Source: Burkholderiaceae bacterium
Lineage (GTDB): Bacteria; Pseudomonadota; Gammaproteobacteria; Burkholderiales; Burkholderiaceae_C
Reading direction: 5' to 3'
Assembly (NCBI GenBank): GCA_023954035.1
Contig: JAMLIT010000005.1
Coordinates: forward strand, 15,830 to 79,829
Length of the DNA stretch: 64,000 nt
Part shown: in pieces, positions 31,201 to 42,923 of the stretch
How positions within the stretch are numbered: position 1 is the stretch's first letter
Layout: every line of letters starts with the position of its first letter
Position numbers and translations under genes: made by a program
Notes under the pieces: model-generated
Seen by the model: only the letters and a program-made list of their open reading frames with translations
The model's database searches: none
What the model was told of the DNA's origin: nothing

Positions 31201-32103
31201 GTGAACAGGGTTGGTTTTATCGCATCTACCATTCTCGTGGCGCTGGCTCTGCTCAGCTCCATGATGTTCGTCGTTGATCAGCGCCAGTTCGGCGTGCTGT
31301 ATGCCTTGGGTCAGATCAAAGAGGTGATCACCGAGCCGGGACTCAATTTCAAGCTGCCGCCGCCGTTTCAGAACGTTTCGTACATCGACAAGCGCCTTCT
31401 GACACTCGACAGCACCGACGCCGAGCCCATGCTGACTGCAGAAAAGCAGCGTGTGGTCATCGACTGGTACGTACGCTGGCGTATCAGCGATCCGTCGCAG
31501 TACATCCGCAACGTCGGCCTGGACGAGAACGCGGGTGCCATGCAGCTCAATCGCGTGGTGCGCAACTCCTTGCAGGAAGAGATCAACAAGCGAACGGTCA
31601 AGGAATTGCTCTCGCTCAAGCGGGAAGACCTTATGGCCGACGTCAAGCGCGAGGTCATCGAATCGGTTCGCGGCGCCAAACCCTGGGGCGTGGACGTCGT
31701 CGATGTGCGCATCACGCGCATCGACTATGTGGAGGCGATTACGGAATCGGTCTACCGCCGCATGGAGGCCGAACGCAAGCGGGTGGCCAACGAGTTGCGC
31801 TCGACGGGCGCCGCCGAGGGCGAAAAGATTCGCGCCAACGCCGACCGGCAGCGGGAGATCACCATTGCCAATGCCTACCGGGATGCCCAGAAGGTCAAGG
31901 GAGAAGGCGACGCGACCGCAGCCAAAATTTATGCCGAAGCGTTTGGCAAGGACCCCCAGTTCGCCCGTTTCTACCGCAGCCTGGAGGCCTACAAGGCCAG
32001 CATGAACAAGAAGGGCGACGTGGTCGTCGTGGACCCTGCGTCTTCGGATTTCTTCCGCTCCATGCGTTCGCCTGCACCGGACGCGGGCACAGGCCGCAAG
32101 TAG
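31201..32103 (+). CDS. hflC: FtsH modulator HflC
   Basis: EPGLNFKLP, VYRRMEAER, FYRSLEAY. Confidence 0.96.
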   Translation: MNRVGFIASTILVALALLSSMMFVVDQRQFGVLYALGQIKEVITEPGLNFKLPPPFQNVSYIDKRLLTLDSTDAEPMLTAEKQRVVIDWYVRWRISDPSQYIRNVGLDENAGAMQLNRVVRNSLQEEINKRTVKELLSLKREDLMADVKREVIESVRGAKPWGVDVVDVRITRIDYVEAITESVYRRMEAERKRVANELRSTGAAEGEKIRANADRQREITIANAYRDAQKVKGEGDATAAKIYAEAFGKDPQFARFYRSLEAYKASMNKKGDVVVVDPASSDFFRSMRSPAPDAGTGRK

Positions 32104-32216
32104 CGCGCGGCAGGCGACGGCCGCCAGACAGGCGCTGGCGCGCCCTGCGCCGCGCCGAACGCCCGATCCGGCGCAGCCGGTAGAATCGCTGTTTTCCCTC
32201 TGCCTCTTCCCCCTCC

Positions 32217-33365
32217 ATGTCTGCCTGGGTCCTTCCGGATCACATTGCCGATGTGCTGCCTTCAGAGGCCAGGCACATCGAAGAATTGCGTCGCAGCCTG
32301 CTCGACACCGCCAGAGGCTATGGCTATGAATTGATCATGCCGCCCCTGCTCGAGCATCTCGATTCCCTGCTCACCGGTACCGGCAAGGCGCTGGATCTGC
32401 AGACCTTCAAGCTGGTCGATCAGATGTCCGGTCGCATGCTCGGCCTGCGCGCCGACACCACACAACAGGCAGCGCGCATCGACGCTCATTTGCTCAACCG
32501 CCGCGGCGTGACGCGCTTGTGCTATTGCGGTCCGGTCCTGCGCACCTGGCCCGATCGGCCCCATGTCTCGCGCGAGCCCCTGCAGTTCGGTGCTGAGACC
32601 TACGGTCACGCCGGCCGCGAGGCCGACCTGGAAAGCCTGGAACTGGCGCTGGCCTGCCTGCGCGTGGCACAGGTGCGTACGGCGTGCGTGGACATGGGCG
32701 ACATACGCATCGTTCGCAGCCTGCTGGAGCCGGTTTCGCTGGACGCAAAGTCCAGCAACGCTGTGTACGCGGCGCTGGCCGCCAAGGATGCCAGCGAGCT
32801 GGCCGCTCTTTGCCGCGGCTTTCCGGCGGCGTCGCGCGAGGGTTTGCTGGCGCTGTTGCAACTCTACGGCGACAGTTCGGTACTCTCCGAAGCGCGGCGC
32901 GTTCTGCCGCCGAAGCCGGCCATCGCTGCAGCGCTCGACGATTTGCAGTGGCTGGCGAGCCGGGTTGCCGATGCACGGGTTGGCTTCGACCTGGCGGATT
33001 TGCGCGGCTACGCCTATTACAGCGGCGTGCATTTCGCCATCTATGCCCATGCTGCGAGCGACGCAGTGGCCAAGGGCGGCCGCTACGACGCGGTGGGTGC
33101 AGCCTTTGGTCGCAAGCGTCCGGCGGTAGGCTTTGGCATGGATCTCAAGCAACTGGTGGGGATTGTCCCTGCGCGCGGGCTTCGCGGCGCCATCCGCGCG
33201 CCGTGGGGCGATGCTGCGGATGTCCGTGCAGCGATCGCGGCGCTGCGCGCCAGCGGGGAGACGGTGGTTTGCGTGCTGCCCGGGCAGGAAAGTGAAGTGG
33301 ATGAATTTCGCTGCGACAGGGAACTGGCGCGCGTGGGTGGCGAATGGGTGGCTCGCGCCCTCTGA
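32217..33365 (+). CDS. hisZ: ATP phosphoribosyltransferase regulatory subunit
   Basis: [32 protein letters not shown]; directly upstream of purA. Confidence 0.93.
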   Translation: MSAWVLPDHIADVLPSEARHIEELRRSLLDTARGYGYELIMPPLLEHLDSLLTGTGKALDLQTFKLVDQMSGRMLGLRADTTQQAARIDAHLLNRRGVTRLCYCGPVLRTWPDRPHVSREPLQFGAETYGHAGREADLESLELALACLRVAQVRTACVDMGDIRIVRSLLEPVSLDAKSSNAVYAALAAKDASELAALCRGFPAASREGLLALLQLYGDSSVLSEARRVLPPKPAIAAALDDLQWLASRVADARVGFDLADLRGYAYYSGVHFAIYAHAASDAVAKGGRYDAVGAAFGRKRPAVGFGMDLKQLVGIVPARGLRGAIRAPWGDAADVRAAIAALRASGETVVCVLPGQESEVDEFRCDRELARVGGEWVARAL

Positions 33366-33384
33366 TGCCTTGTGTGATTTCTGA

Positions 33385-34728
<1,344 letters not shown>

Positions 34729-34785
34729 ATCGCCCCCAGCGCAGACCTTGATTGGTTTGTGCGCTATTGAAAAAGGAGCAAACCC

Positions 34786-35310
34786 ATGTTGACAGAAGAC
34801 GGCAAGCATCTCTACGTCAGTTACGACGAGTACCACAACCTGATTGAGAAACTGGCGCTGCGCGTGCACCAGTCGGGCTGGCAGTTCGACACCATTTTGT
34901 GTCTTGCGCGGGGGGGGCTGCGCCCGGGCGACATCCTCAGCCGCATCTTCGACAAACCACTGGCCATCATGTCGACCAGTTCTTACCGCGCCGAGGCCGG
35001 AACGGTACAGGGGCACCTCGACATCGCCCGCTTCATCACCACGCCCAAGGGCGAAATCGCCGGCCGTGTGCTGCTGGTGGACGATCTGGCCGACACGGGC
35101 CACACGCTCAACGCCGTGATCAAGATGCTCAAGACCAACTACGCGCCGATCACCGAGTTGCGCAGCGCCGTGATCTGGACCAAGGCCTTGTCGACCTTTG
35201 AAGCGGACTACTCCGTGGAATTTCTCCCCACCAATCCCTGGATTCACCAGCCTTTCGAAACCTACGACAGCCTCAATCCGGAAAAACTGCTGGAAAAGTG
35301 GCGGCTCTGA
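34786..35310 (+). CDS. Type I phosphoribosyltransferase (purine salvage, Gpt/Hpt-like)
   Basis: LARGG, PRPP-binding motif VLLVDDLADTGHT, WIHQPFE. Confidence 0.88.
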   Translation: MLTEDGKHLYVSYDEYHNLIEKLALRVHQSGWQFDTILCLARGGLRPGDILSRIFDKPLAIMSTSSYRAEAGTVQGHLDIARFITTPKGEIAGRVLLVDDLADTGHTLNAVIKMLKTNYAPITELRSAVIWTKALSTFEADYSVEFLPTNPWIHQPFETYDSLNPEKLLEKWRL

Positions 35311-35314
35311 GGCC

Positions 35315-35947
35315 TCAGACGACCATGTAACGCCCGGGCCGGTGGTTCATGGCCAGCACCAGGTTCAGCGCCACCGCCCCCACCACCGAATACGCAACGC
35401 GCGACGGCTCGACGCTCCATAGCGCCAGGAGCACGATGGCGCAATCGAGGCCCATTTGAATCTTGCCGGCGCGCCAGCCATGGCGGTCCTGCAGGTACAG
35501 CGCCAGAATCCCCACGCCGCCCAGGCTGCAGCGGTGCCGAAACAACGCCAGAAAGCCCGTGCCGGTGATCAAGCCGCCAGCAACGGCGGCATACAGCGGC
35601 TGCAATTGGGAAAAGCGCAAAAACTGCGGCTGCAACTCGGTCAGCAGCGACAGCAGCGCCACGGCAATGAAGGTCTTGAGCGTGAATGCCTTGCCGAACT
35701 TGCGCAGCGCCAGCCAGTAAAAGGGCAGGTTGATCACGAAAAACACCTTGCCAAAACCCCAGCCGGTGGCGTAGTGCAACAGAAAGGCGAGCCCGGCCGT
35801 GCCGCCGGTGAGCAGGCCGGCGCTGGTGAAAAGCGCCACACCGACCGAGATCAGCGCCACGCCGGTAAAAATGGCGATGGCGTCCTCCAGCAGGCTGTGG
35901 GGCACCGCCGCGGGCACGCCCGCCGGCGAAGAAGAAGTTCCGGGCAT
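35315..35947 (-). CDS. YitT family membrane protein
   Basis: GLLTGGTAG, INLPFY, SLGGVGIL, NHRPGRY. Confidence 0.85.
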   Translation of the reverse strand: MPGTSSSPAGVPAAVPHSLLEDAIAIFTGVALISVGVALFTSAGLLTGGTAGLAFLLHYATGWGFGKVFFVINLPFYWLALRKFGKAFTLKTFIAVALLSLLTELQPQFLRFSQLQPLYAAVAGGLITGTGFLALFRHRCSLGGVGILALYLQDRHGWRAGKIQMGLDCAIVLLALWSVEPSRVAYSVVGAVALNLVLAMNHRPGRYMVV

Positions 35948-36000
35948 CAATGAAAAGGGCAGGGCGGCTGGACGGCTGGCCGCAGTCAGTCAAGAGAGAG

Positions 36001-36066
36001 CGCTATTAATTGAATAGCTGTCGACGTAATTGGAACAAGCGCTGGAGGCCAATTTTATTGGAAATT
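36001..36066 (+). repeat. Bipartite palindromic intergenic repeat, copy 2
   Basis: GCTATTAATTGAATAGC...AAGCGCTGGAGGCCAATTTT; lies between divergent genes. Confidence 0.7.
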
Positions 36067-36093
36067 TCCTTCGCGAAGCTATGATCAGGCGCC

Positions 36094-36891
36094 ATGCTGC
36101 TGCGCCAACCTGTTCATACCCTGCCAGAGCGTCTGGCGCGCCTGATCTGGAGCTGGGCGCTGGCCTGGTGGCGCATTGTCTATCTGGGCGCCGTGGTGTT
36201 GGTGCTGGTGCTCTCGCCGTCGAGTTACGGCCGGGCAGGTCGGGGTTTGATGGCGCGGCGCATCTACCTGGAGACGACCCCCATCCTGGTCGGTTTCACC
36301 GTGCTTGCCGCCTTGCTCAGCCTCGTGATCACTCGCATTGTGGTCGTCACCGCGCTCAGCTATGGGCTCTCGCGGTATGCGCTGGAGATGGTCATTCGCG
36401 TGCTCGTGCTCGAGCTGATTCCCCTGACCGCCGCCATGTTCGTCGCCATGCGCTGCGCCATCCCCAGCGGCTCGCAACTGGCCAGCCTGCGCTTGCGCGG
36501 ACGGCTGGCCGCCCTGGAGCGCGTCGGTGCCGATCCAGTGCGCATGGAATTGCTGCCGCGCGTGGTGGCCGCCGCCTTTGCCAGCGTGACGCTGGCGGCG
36601 CTTTCCTGCGTTGTGGCGCTCTCCATGTCCTATCTGAGCGTCTATGGCTTCAACACCGCCGGTTTGCCCAGCTTTACCCGCATGTTCGGACACGTGTTCT
36701 CGCCCGAGGTGACGCTGGTGTTTGCGCTCAAGACGCTGTTCTTCAGCCTGGCGATTGCCGTGATTCCCATGACCGCGGGGCTCTACGATCTGGGCGAGAG
36801 CGAGCGCCGCTCCGAGTTGGGCGGTCTGGCGCGCATGTTTGCGGTACTGCTGCTGATCGAAATGGTCTCTCTCGTCGGCAACTACTACTGA
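36094..36891 (+). CDS. MlaE-family ABC permease
   Basis: Multiple TM segments; VLELIPLTAA (RELGP-like), LAALERVGADP...LLPRV; followed by an MCE gene. Confidence 0.8.
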   Translation: MLLRQPVHTLPERLARLIWSWALAWWRIVYLGAVVLVLVLSPSSYGRAGRGLMARRIYLETTPILVGFTVLAALLSLVITRIVVVTALSYGLSRYALEMVIRVLVLELIPLTAAMFVAMRCAIPSGSQLASLRLRGRLAALERVGADPVRMELLPRVVAAAFASVTLAALSCVVALSMSYLSVYGFNTAGLPSFTRMFGHVFSPEVTLVFALKTLFFSLAIAVIPMTAGLYDLGESERRSELGGLARMFAVLLLIEMVSLVGNYY

Positions 36892-36925
36892 GTCGCTCCC
36901 GGATGTTTTTCTTTGGCCCGATGGC

Positions 36926-37918
36926 ATGACCTCTTCTCCCAAGCCCGAACCCCTTGCCGCGGAACCAGTCGACGCCGACTTGATTCGTCCCGTGGCCCAC
37001 TTGCGACTCAAGGCCTTCGCCCTGCTGTTCTTTACCTTGTTCCTGGTTGTCGGATCGGCGTTGTATCTCATGGTGGCCCGCGGCGCCTTCGAGCCCACGC
37101 AGCGCCTGGTGCTGGTAGCCGACGATTCGGAGGGTGTGGTCGTGGGCATGGACATGACCTTCGCCGGCTTTCCCATCGGCCGCGTGCGGCGGATCGAACT
37201 GGGCGCCGACGGCGCAGCGCGCATTCTCATCGACGTGCCGCAGAAAGATGCGCACTGGCTGCGTGTCTCCAGCGTGTTCACTCTGGTGCGGGGCATTGTC
37301 GGTGGAACCGGCATCCGGGCCTACAGCGGCATGCTGGACGATCCGCCCCTGCCCGATGGGGCTGAGCGGCCTGTGCTGCGCGGGGACGCGACGGCCGAGA
37401 TTCCTCAGCTCATGTCCTCGGCCCGCGAACTGCTCGGCAACCTCAATGCCCTGACCGCTGCCGATTCGGCGCTGGGCGCCAGCCTGGGCAACGTTCGGAC
37501 GCTTACCGAACGTCTCCAGGGGCGGGGCGGCGCACTGGGCCTGTTGATGGGAAGCGACGCGGATGCGAAGAAGATCGTGCAGACGCTGGACCGAACCAAC
37601 GCGCTGCTTGCGCGCATCGACCGCATGGCCCAACGCGCTGACGAGCAGGTGTTCGGCGCGCAGGGCGTCATGCCGGAGGCGCGCGCCACGGTGGTCGAGC
37701 TGCGCCAGCTCCTGGCCGATGCCCGGGCCAGCTTGACCAAGGTGGACGCGGTGCTGGTGCAAGCGCAGGCCGTGGGCGCCAACGTGGCTGAGGGTACGGC
37801 CGACCTGGACGCGCTGCGCGCCGACGTCGAAGCCAGCCTGCGCAAGGTTGACGGCCTGGTCAACGAGATCAACCGCCGCTGGCCCTTTGCTCGCCAGAAG
37901 GAGATTGTCCTGCCATGA
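36926..37918 (+). CDS. MCE/MlaD-family protein with long helical C-terminus
   Basis: N-terminal TM segment; MCE signature SEGVVVGMDMTFAGFPIGRVRRIEL; coiled-coil tail ending INRRWPF. Confidence 0.85.
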   Translation: MTSSPKPEPLAAEPVDADLIRPVAHLRLKAFALLFFTLFLVVGSALYLMVARGAFEPTQRLVLVADDSEGVVVGMDMTFAGFPIGRVRRIELGADGAARILIDVPQKDAHWLRVSSVFTLVRGIVGGTGIRAYSGMLDDPPLPDGAERPVLRGDATAEIPQLMSSARELLGNLNALTAADSALGASLGNVRTLTERLQGRGGALGLLMGSDADAKKIVQTLDRTNALLARIDRMAQRADEQVFGAQGVMPEARATVVELRQLLADARASLTKVDAVLVQAQAVGANVAEGTADLDALRADVEASLRKVDGLVNEINRRWPFARQKEIVLP

Positions 37919-38607
37919 GCTGCTTTTTATTCGTCCCAAAGCGCTTGCGCAGCGTGGGGTTGGGGAGCCTGGCCTTGCTGCTGGCGGGCTGCGCCAGCAA
38001 GCCTCCCGTCCCGGACTGGCAGCTCAATGCCCATGGCGCGTCCCAGCGCGCGGTGCAGGCCTATTTCGAAGGGCGCCAGCGTGTGGAGCGCGCCGAGTTC
38101 GCTCGGGCGCGCAGCGAAATTTCCCGCACCGGCGATGCGGGGCAACTGGCGCGCCTGGAACTGCTGCGCTGCGCTGCCCAGGTCGCCAGTCTGGACCTGA
38201 CGCCCTGCACCCCATTTGACGTTCTGGCGCAGGACGCAACGCCTGCGGAACGTGCTTACGCGCGCTATCTCGCAGGGCGTGCTGAGCCGGCCGACCTCGT
38301 CCTGCTGCCCCAGGCGCAGCGGGCCGCGGGCAGCGCAGCGCCCGAACAAGCCGCCACCGTCGTCGCTGCGCTGGCCGATCCGCTCGCACGCCTGGTGGCT
38401 GCTGGAGTGCAGTTTGCCCGTGCGCAGGCCTCGCCGCAACTCGTTGCGCTTGCGGTGGACACTGCCTCGCAGCAAGGCTGGCGCAGGCCGCTGCTTGCCT
38501 GGTTGGGCGTTCAGGAGCAACTGGCCGAAGCCAGGGGCGATGCGACGGAAGCGGCGCGCGTGCGACGGCGGATCGCCATTGCCAGCCAGGACGCGCAGCG
38601 TGATTGA
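37915..38607 (+). CDS. Lipoprotein of unknown function, coupled to the MCE gene
   Basis: Lipobox LAGC; ATGA overlap with the MCE gene; Ala-rich and helical. Confidence 0.8.
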   Translation: MSCFLFVPKRLRSVGLGSLALLLAGCASKPPVPDWQLNAHGASQRAVQAYFEGRQRVERAEFARARSEISRTGDAGQLARLELLRCAAQVASLDLTPCTPFDVLAQDATPAERAYARYLAGRAEPADLVLLPQAQRAAGSAAPEQAATVVAALADPLARLVAAGVQFARAQASPQLVALAVDTASQQGWRRPLLAWLGVQEQLAEARGDATEAARVRRRIAIASQDAQRD

Positions 38608-38646
38608 CGCGCAGACGGCGCTGGGCCGACAGGCGCGCAGGGGCGT

Positions 38647-38835
38647 TTACTCGATGCCGCTGGCTGCCAGTGCGCGATCGAGGCCGTCGGGAAGGGCCGG
38701 CAGCGCGTCCACGGACTGCGCGGTGATGTCCGGCAGCAGCTGCGTGGCCGATGCCGCAAACGCCAGTGCCACTGCGGCCACGAAGGCCAACAGCGCATGC
38801 CGGGCACCGGTGGGTTGCGAAGGGCGGCGTTTCAT
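38647..38835 (-). CDS. Small hypothetical exported/membrane protein (62 aa)
   Basis: MKRRPSQPTGARHALLAFVAAVALAFAASA...: basic N-terminus then a hydrophobic stretch; fills an intergenic gap. Confidence 0.45.
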   Translation of the reverse strand: MKRRPSQPTGARHALLAFVAAVALAFAASATQLLPDITAQSVDALPALPDGLDRALAASGIE

Positions 38836-38970
38836 GGCGAAACCAGGTTGGGGGTTGGAACATGGGCCTACGTGGGCCCGGTTGCCGGTCATTTCAACCC
38901 GCTTTGCTCGCTGCGTCTGTCGGACGAAAGCGCGATCTGCCCTGCGGGCGGCGCGTGCAGTGTCCGCGCC

Positions 38971-40392
38971 ATGGAGGGTGCGCGCTTGAGCCCGACGCAG
39001 GTGTCCCGTTTTGAGCAGATCTGGGTGGCGCAAGCAGTGGCGCTGATCGAGCAGGCGGGCCCACTGGACGATGCGCAGGCATTGGCGCGGGTACAGCGAA
39101 GCGGACAGACACTGCGCGAGCAACTGCGCGAGCGTGCATGGCTGCTTGGGGAGCGCCTAGGCCTTGCCGCGCAACTCGACCGCTGGCGGGGCGCTGCCTG
39201 GCTGCTGGTGCTGGTGGTGGCGGCGGCCGTGCTGGCGCTCGCCAACGGCCTGTTGTTTGCCGTGCTGGCCGAGGGGCGCTCCATCAATGCGGCCAGCGCC
39301 TTCGTATCGGCGCTGGGTGTGCATGCCGTCACCTTGCTCCTGTGGCTCGGCTCGCTGCTCTTTGCGCGCGGCAGCGGGGGGCAGGCGCTTTCCCTTGGCC
39401 GCTTTCTGGCCCTGCTGGTTCTGCGACTGCCGCTGTGGCGCGGCCCGCAAGCTGCGCCCATGCTGCGTGCCGCTCAGCAATTGGTCGCGCGCGAGCGGCT
39501 TGCGCCCTGGGTCTTCGGCCTGGCCAGCCACTTGGTGTGGTCGCTGGGCTTCGTTTTCATGCTAATGGGCCTGCTGCTGGGCTTTGCCTTCCGCGAATAC
39601 CGCCTGACCTGGGAAACCACCATCCTCAGCCCGCAGTGGTTCGCTGGTTTTGCTCGCGCCACGGGGGCCTTGCCGGGCTTGCTCGGCGTTCCGGTGCCGG
39701 GCCTGGATGCCGACGCCGGCCAGCTGGCAGGCGCGTGGCCGGCGCGCGACGCCGCGTGGTGGCTGCTGGCCAGCGTGGCGCTGTATGGCCTGCTGCCGCG
39801 AGCGCTCTGCGCCGCGTGGTGCGGCTGGGTGCTTCGCCGGGCGATCTGCCGCATCGATATCGATCTGCGGGAGCCGTACTACCAGCAGCTTCTGGCGCGC
39901 ATGCAGGCGAGCGAGCGCGCCCAAGTGATCGATGCCGAGCCACCGGAGGCGGCCCGTGCGGGGCGCCGCACGCTGGCAGACGGGGCCTTCACGCCGGCGC
40001 ACGCTGTGGTCGGCTTCGAACTCGGGGGCGATCTGCCCTGGCCCATCGCGGGCTGGATGGCGGATGCGGACTACAGCGTCGGGATTTCCGGAAGCATCGA
40101 TGAACGGATTCAGGTGCAGGCACGCCTGGCTGCCCTGCGGCCCCGATCGCTGTTGGTCGCTTGTGATGCGGCAGCGTCGCCCGACCGCGGCACCGCCCGA
40201 TTTCTGCGCGAAGCGGCTGCGTCTGCGCAGCGCTGCGCATTGCTGGCGGTCGGCGCAGCGCAACGCGACGCCGCGCTGCACCGGCTCGGCGCGCAGCGCT
40301 GGCAGGAATGGATGCAGGGCGCCGGCCTGGCGGATTGGGCTTTTTTTGAACACCCGGCCGACGCGGCGTCCTGGCTTGAGGAGGCGCGATGA
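38971..40392 (+). CDS. DUF2868-like multi-pass membrane protein
   Basis: About 4 TM segments; SHLVW, REYRLTWETTIL, LYGLLPR, PYY, PDRGT; ATGA-coupled to the downstream GTPase. Start approximate. Confidence 0.7.
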   Translation: MEGARLSPTQVSRFEQIWVAQAVALIEQAGPLDDAQALARVQRSGQTLREQLRERAWLLGERLGLAAQLDRWRGAAWLLVLVVAAAVLALANGLLFAVLAEGRSINAASAFVSALGVHAVTLLLWLGSLLFARGSGGQALSLGRFLALLVLRLPLWRGPQAAPMLRAAQQLVARERLAPWVFGLASHLVWSLGFVFMLMGLLLGFAFREYRLTWETTILSPQWFAGFARATGALPGLLGVPVPGLDADAGQLAGAWPARDAAWWLLASVALYGLLPRALCAAWCGWVLRRAICRIDIDLREPYYQQLLARMQASERAQVIDAEPPEAARAGRRTLADGAFTPAHAVVGFELGGDLPWPIAGWMADADYSVGISGSIDERIQVQARLAALRPRSLLVACDAAASPDRGTARFLREAAASAQRCALLAVGAAQRDAALHRLGAQRWQEWMQGAGLADWAFFEHPADAASWLEEAR

Positions 40393-41789
40393 CCGAGCCC
40401 ATTGCGATTGCCGTGGTCGGACATACCAACGTCGGAAAGACGTCGCTGCTGCGCACGCTCACGCGCCAGGCCCGCTTTGGCGAGGTCTCGCCGCGGCCCG
40501 GCACCACGCGGCATGTCGAGCGCATCGACTTGCGCGTCGACGGACAGCCGGCGGTGCGCTTTTTCGACACCCCGGGCATGGAAGACGCGGTCGCGCTGCA
40601 GCATTACCTGCGCAGCCTTCCTGGCGAATTTGCCAATCCGGTGGATCGGGTCCGCGCTTTTCTGGCAGGCCCGGAGGCCCATGCCGCCTATGAGCAGGAA
40701 GCCAAGGTGCTGCGCACTCTGCTGGAGGTCGATGCCGCGGTGTACGTCATCGATTGCCGCCAGGACGTGCTGCCCAAATACCGCAGCGAGATCGAGTTGC
40801 TGTGTGCCTGCGCGCGCCCGCTCATGCCGGTGTTGAATTTCGTGGCCCGGTCTGCCGAGCGCGCAGACGCCTGGCGCGAGCTGCTTACGGGATTCAACCT
40901 GCACGCGTGGATGCAGTTCGATGCCGTGGCCCCCTTCGTCGGCGCCGAGCGACAGCTCTTTCAGGACTTGTGCGTTCTGCTGCGTCCGCGCCAGGCGCAG
41001 TTGCAGGCCGTGGTGGCAGAGCTGGAGCGCCAGGGCGCGGCGCGCCGCACAGCGGCGGCCACGCTGGCAGCGCGGCTTCTGGTGCACGCTTCGGCCATGC
41101 GCCGGTCCGTGCCGCGTGAAGTGCTCGCGCCTACCGGGGGCCGCGAGCAGGCGCTGGTGCAGTTCCGCGATCGCCTTGCGCAGGCCACGCAGAAATGCGT
41201 GCAGGCGGTGCTCGGCGTGTATGGGTTTCGCGACGACGAGGCCGACGTGGCGCTCCAGCCCTGGACCAGTGGACGCTGGCAGGCCGATCTGTTCCATCCA
41301 CAGACGCTGCAGGACGCCGGGCGCAAGCTGGGCACTGGCGCCGCCGTAGGCGCAGCGGTGGGCGCAGTGGCGGACGTGACTTTGGCGGGCCTGTCTTTGG
41401 GTGCGGCCACGGCCTTGGGCGCTGCAGTGGGCGGGATCGCCAGCCAGGGCTGGAGCCAGGTGCCGCGCAAGCTGATGCACCGCTTGCAGGGCACCGAAGA
41501 ACTCAGCGTCGAAGATGCGGTGCTGTTGGCACTGGCCGACAGCCTGGTGCGATTGATCGCCGCGCTGGAGCGGCGCGGCCATGCTGCCACGCAGCACTTG
41601 CAAATCGGAGCCGAAGCCGCCGAAGCAGGGCCCCTGCAGGAGGTGGTGCGCGCCTTGTCGGCCGCGCGCGGCTTTGCGCCAAATGAAGCGGTCTCGCTGC
41701 TCGCTGCCGGCCCCGATGCCCGGCGCGAGGCGTTGAGCCAACGGGTGGCCGCGCTGCTGCTCCAGCGGTTGGGCGACACCCTGTCCTAG
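40389..41789 (+). CDS. P-loop GTPase with DUF3482-like C-terminus
   Basis: G1 [10 protein letters not shown]2 PGTT, G3 DTPG, degenerate G4 (LNFV); Gly/Ala-zipper hydrophobic hairpin near the C-terminus. Confidence 0.8.
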   Translation: MTEPIAIAVVGHTNVGKTSLLRTLTRQARFGEVSPRPGTTRHVERIDLRVDGQPAVRFFDTPGMEDAVALQHYLRSLPGEFANPVDRVRAFLAGPEAHAAYEQEAKVLRTLLEVDAAVYVIDCRQDVLPKYRSEIELLCACARPLMPVLNFVARSAERADAWRELLTGFNLHAWMQFDAVAPFVGAERQLFQDLCVLLRPRQAQLQAVVAELERQGAARRTAAATLAARLLVHASAMRRSVPREVLAPTGGREQALVQFRDRLAQATQKCVQAVLGVYGFRDDEADVALQPWTSGRWQADLFHPQTLQDAGRKLGTGAAVGAAVGAVADVTLAGLSLGAATALGAAVGGIASQGWSQVPRKLMHRLQGTEELSVEDAVLLALADSLVRLIAALERRGHAATQHLQIGAEAAEAGPLQEVVRALSAARGFAPNEAVSLLAAGPDARREALSQRVAALLLQRLGDTLS

Positions 41790-42877
41790 TTGCGCGCGCC
41801 GCAGGCCCTCGCGCGTTCGCGGGAGGCCTCGCGCAGACCGGGGTTGGCGGGCTGCAGCGGCCAGCCCGCCAGGTGCTGCTGTGCGATGTCGCTGAGGGCA
41901 GTGATCCAGGCCGGGCTGTCGTTCAGGCATTCGATGTAGTGAAACTGCTCACCGCCGGCGTGCAAAAAGGCCTCGCGCGCTTCCTGATTGATTTCTTCCA
42001 GGGTTTCCAGGCAGTCGCTGGTGAAACCGGGGCAGATCACGTCCACACGGCGCACGCCGGCGCGGGCCAGTTCGATCAGCGTGGGTTCGGTGTAGGGCTG
42101 CAGCCACTTGGCCTTGCCAAAGCGCGACTGGAAAGTGACGCGCATTTGCGTGTCGTTCAGGCCCAGGCGCTCGCCGAGCAGGCGCGCGGTTTTGCGCGCT
42201 TCGCAGTGGTAGGGGTCGCCCAGGTGCAGCGTGCGCTCGGGCACGCCGTGAAAGCTCATCAGCAGTTGCTCGCCCTGGCCGTGCTGCTGCCAGTGGGCCA
42301 GCACCTTTTTCGCCAGAGCATCGATGTAGCCGGGGTGGTCGTGGTAGTGGTTGACAAAGCGCAGCTCGGGGACGGCGCGGGTGCGCGCCGCCCAGGTGTA
42401 GACCGCGTCGAACACGCTGGCCGTGGTGGTGGCGGAATACTGGGGGTACAGCGGCAGGATCAGGATGCGCGTGGCGCCCTCGGCCTTCAAGGCGTCGAGC
42501 TGGCTGGCAACCGACGGGTTGCCGTAGCGCATCGCGTGGCGCACCAGCACGGGAGCACCGGCCTCACCCAGCCAGCCGAGCACCAGCTTGGCCTGCTTTT
42601 CGGTCCACACCGCCAGCGGCGAGCCTTCCGGCGTCCAGACGCTTCGGTACTTGGCCGCCGACTTGGCCGGCCGTGTGCGCAGAATGATGCCGTGCAGGAT
42701 CAGCCACCACAGCGGCCTGGGGATCTCCACGACCCGGTGGTCGGCCAGGAACTGGCCCAGGTAGCGCCGCAATGCGGCGGGCGTGGGTGCGTCGGGCGTG
42801 CCCAGGTTGCACAGGAGGACGGCGGTGCGCGTCGGCGCGCCATGGGCGTAGGCAGGTTCGGGGGCGAAAAAGGACAT
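41786..42877 (-). CDS. hemH: Ferrochelatase
   Basis: [49 protein letters not shown]. Confidence 0.97.
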   Translation of the reverse strand: MSFFAPEPAYAHGAPTRTAVLLCNLGTPDAPTPAALRRYLGQFLADHRVVEIPRPLWWLILHGIILRTRPAKSAAKYRSVWTPEGSPLAVWTEKQAKLVLGWLGEAGAPVLVRHAMRYGNPSVASQLDALKAEGATRILILPLYPQYSATTTASVFDAVYTWAARTRAVPELRFVNHYHDHPGYIDALAKKVLAHWQQHGQGEQLLMSFHGVPERTLHLGDPYHCEARKTARLLGERLGLNDTQMRVTFQSRFGKAKWLQPYTEPTLIELARAGVRRVDVICPGFTSDCLETLEEINQEAREAFLHAGGEQFHYIECLNDSPAWITALSDIAQQHLAGWPLQPANPGLREASRERARACGARN

Positions 42878-42923
42878 GCGCGATTGTCGGGCAAGCAGCA
42901 GCGTCGCGTGAGGCGCCCTGCCT

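Noticed and set aside
32104-32216. Expected small DUF2065/YjeT gene between hflC and hisZ
   Set aside because: The gap is only 113 bp with no suitable ORF; it holds a TAGAAT -10-like box instead.
41786-41789. 4-bp CTAG overlap of the convergent GTPase and hemH stop codons
   Set aside because: A common compact arrangement; not evidence of a functional link.
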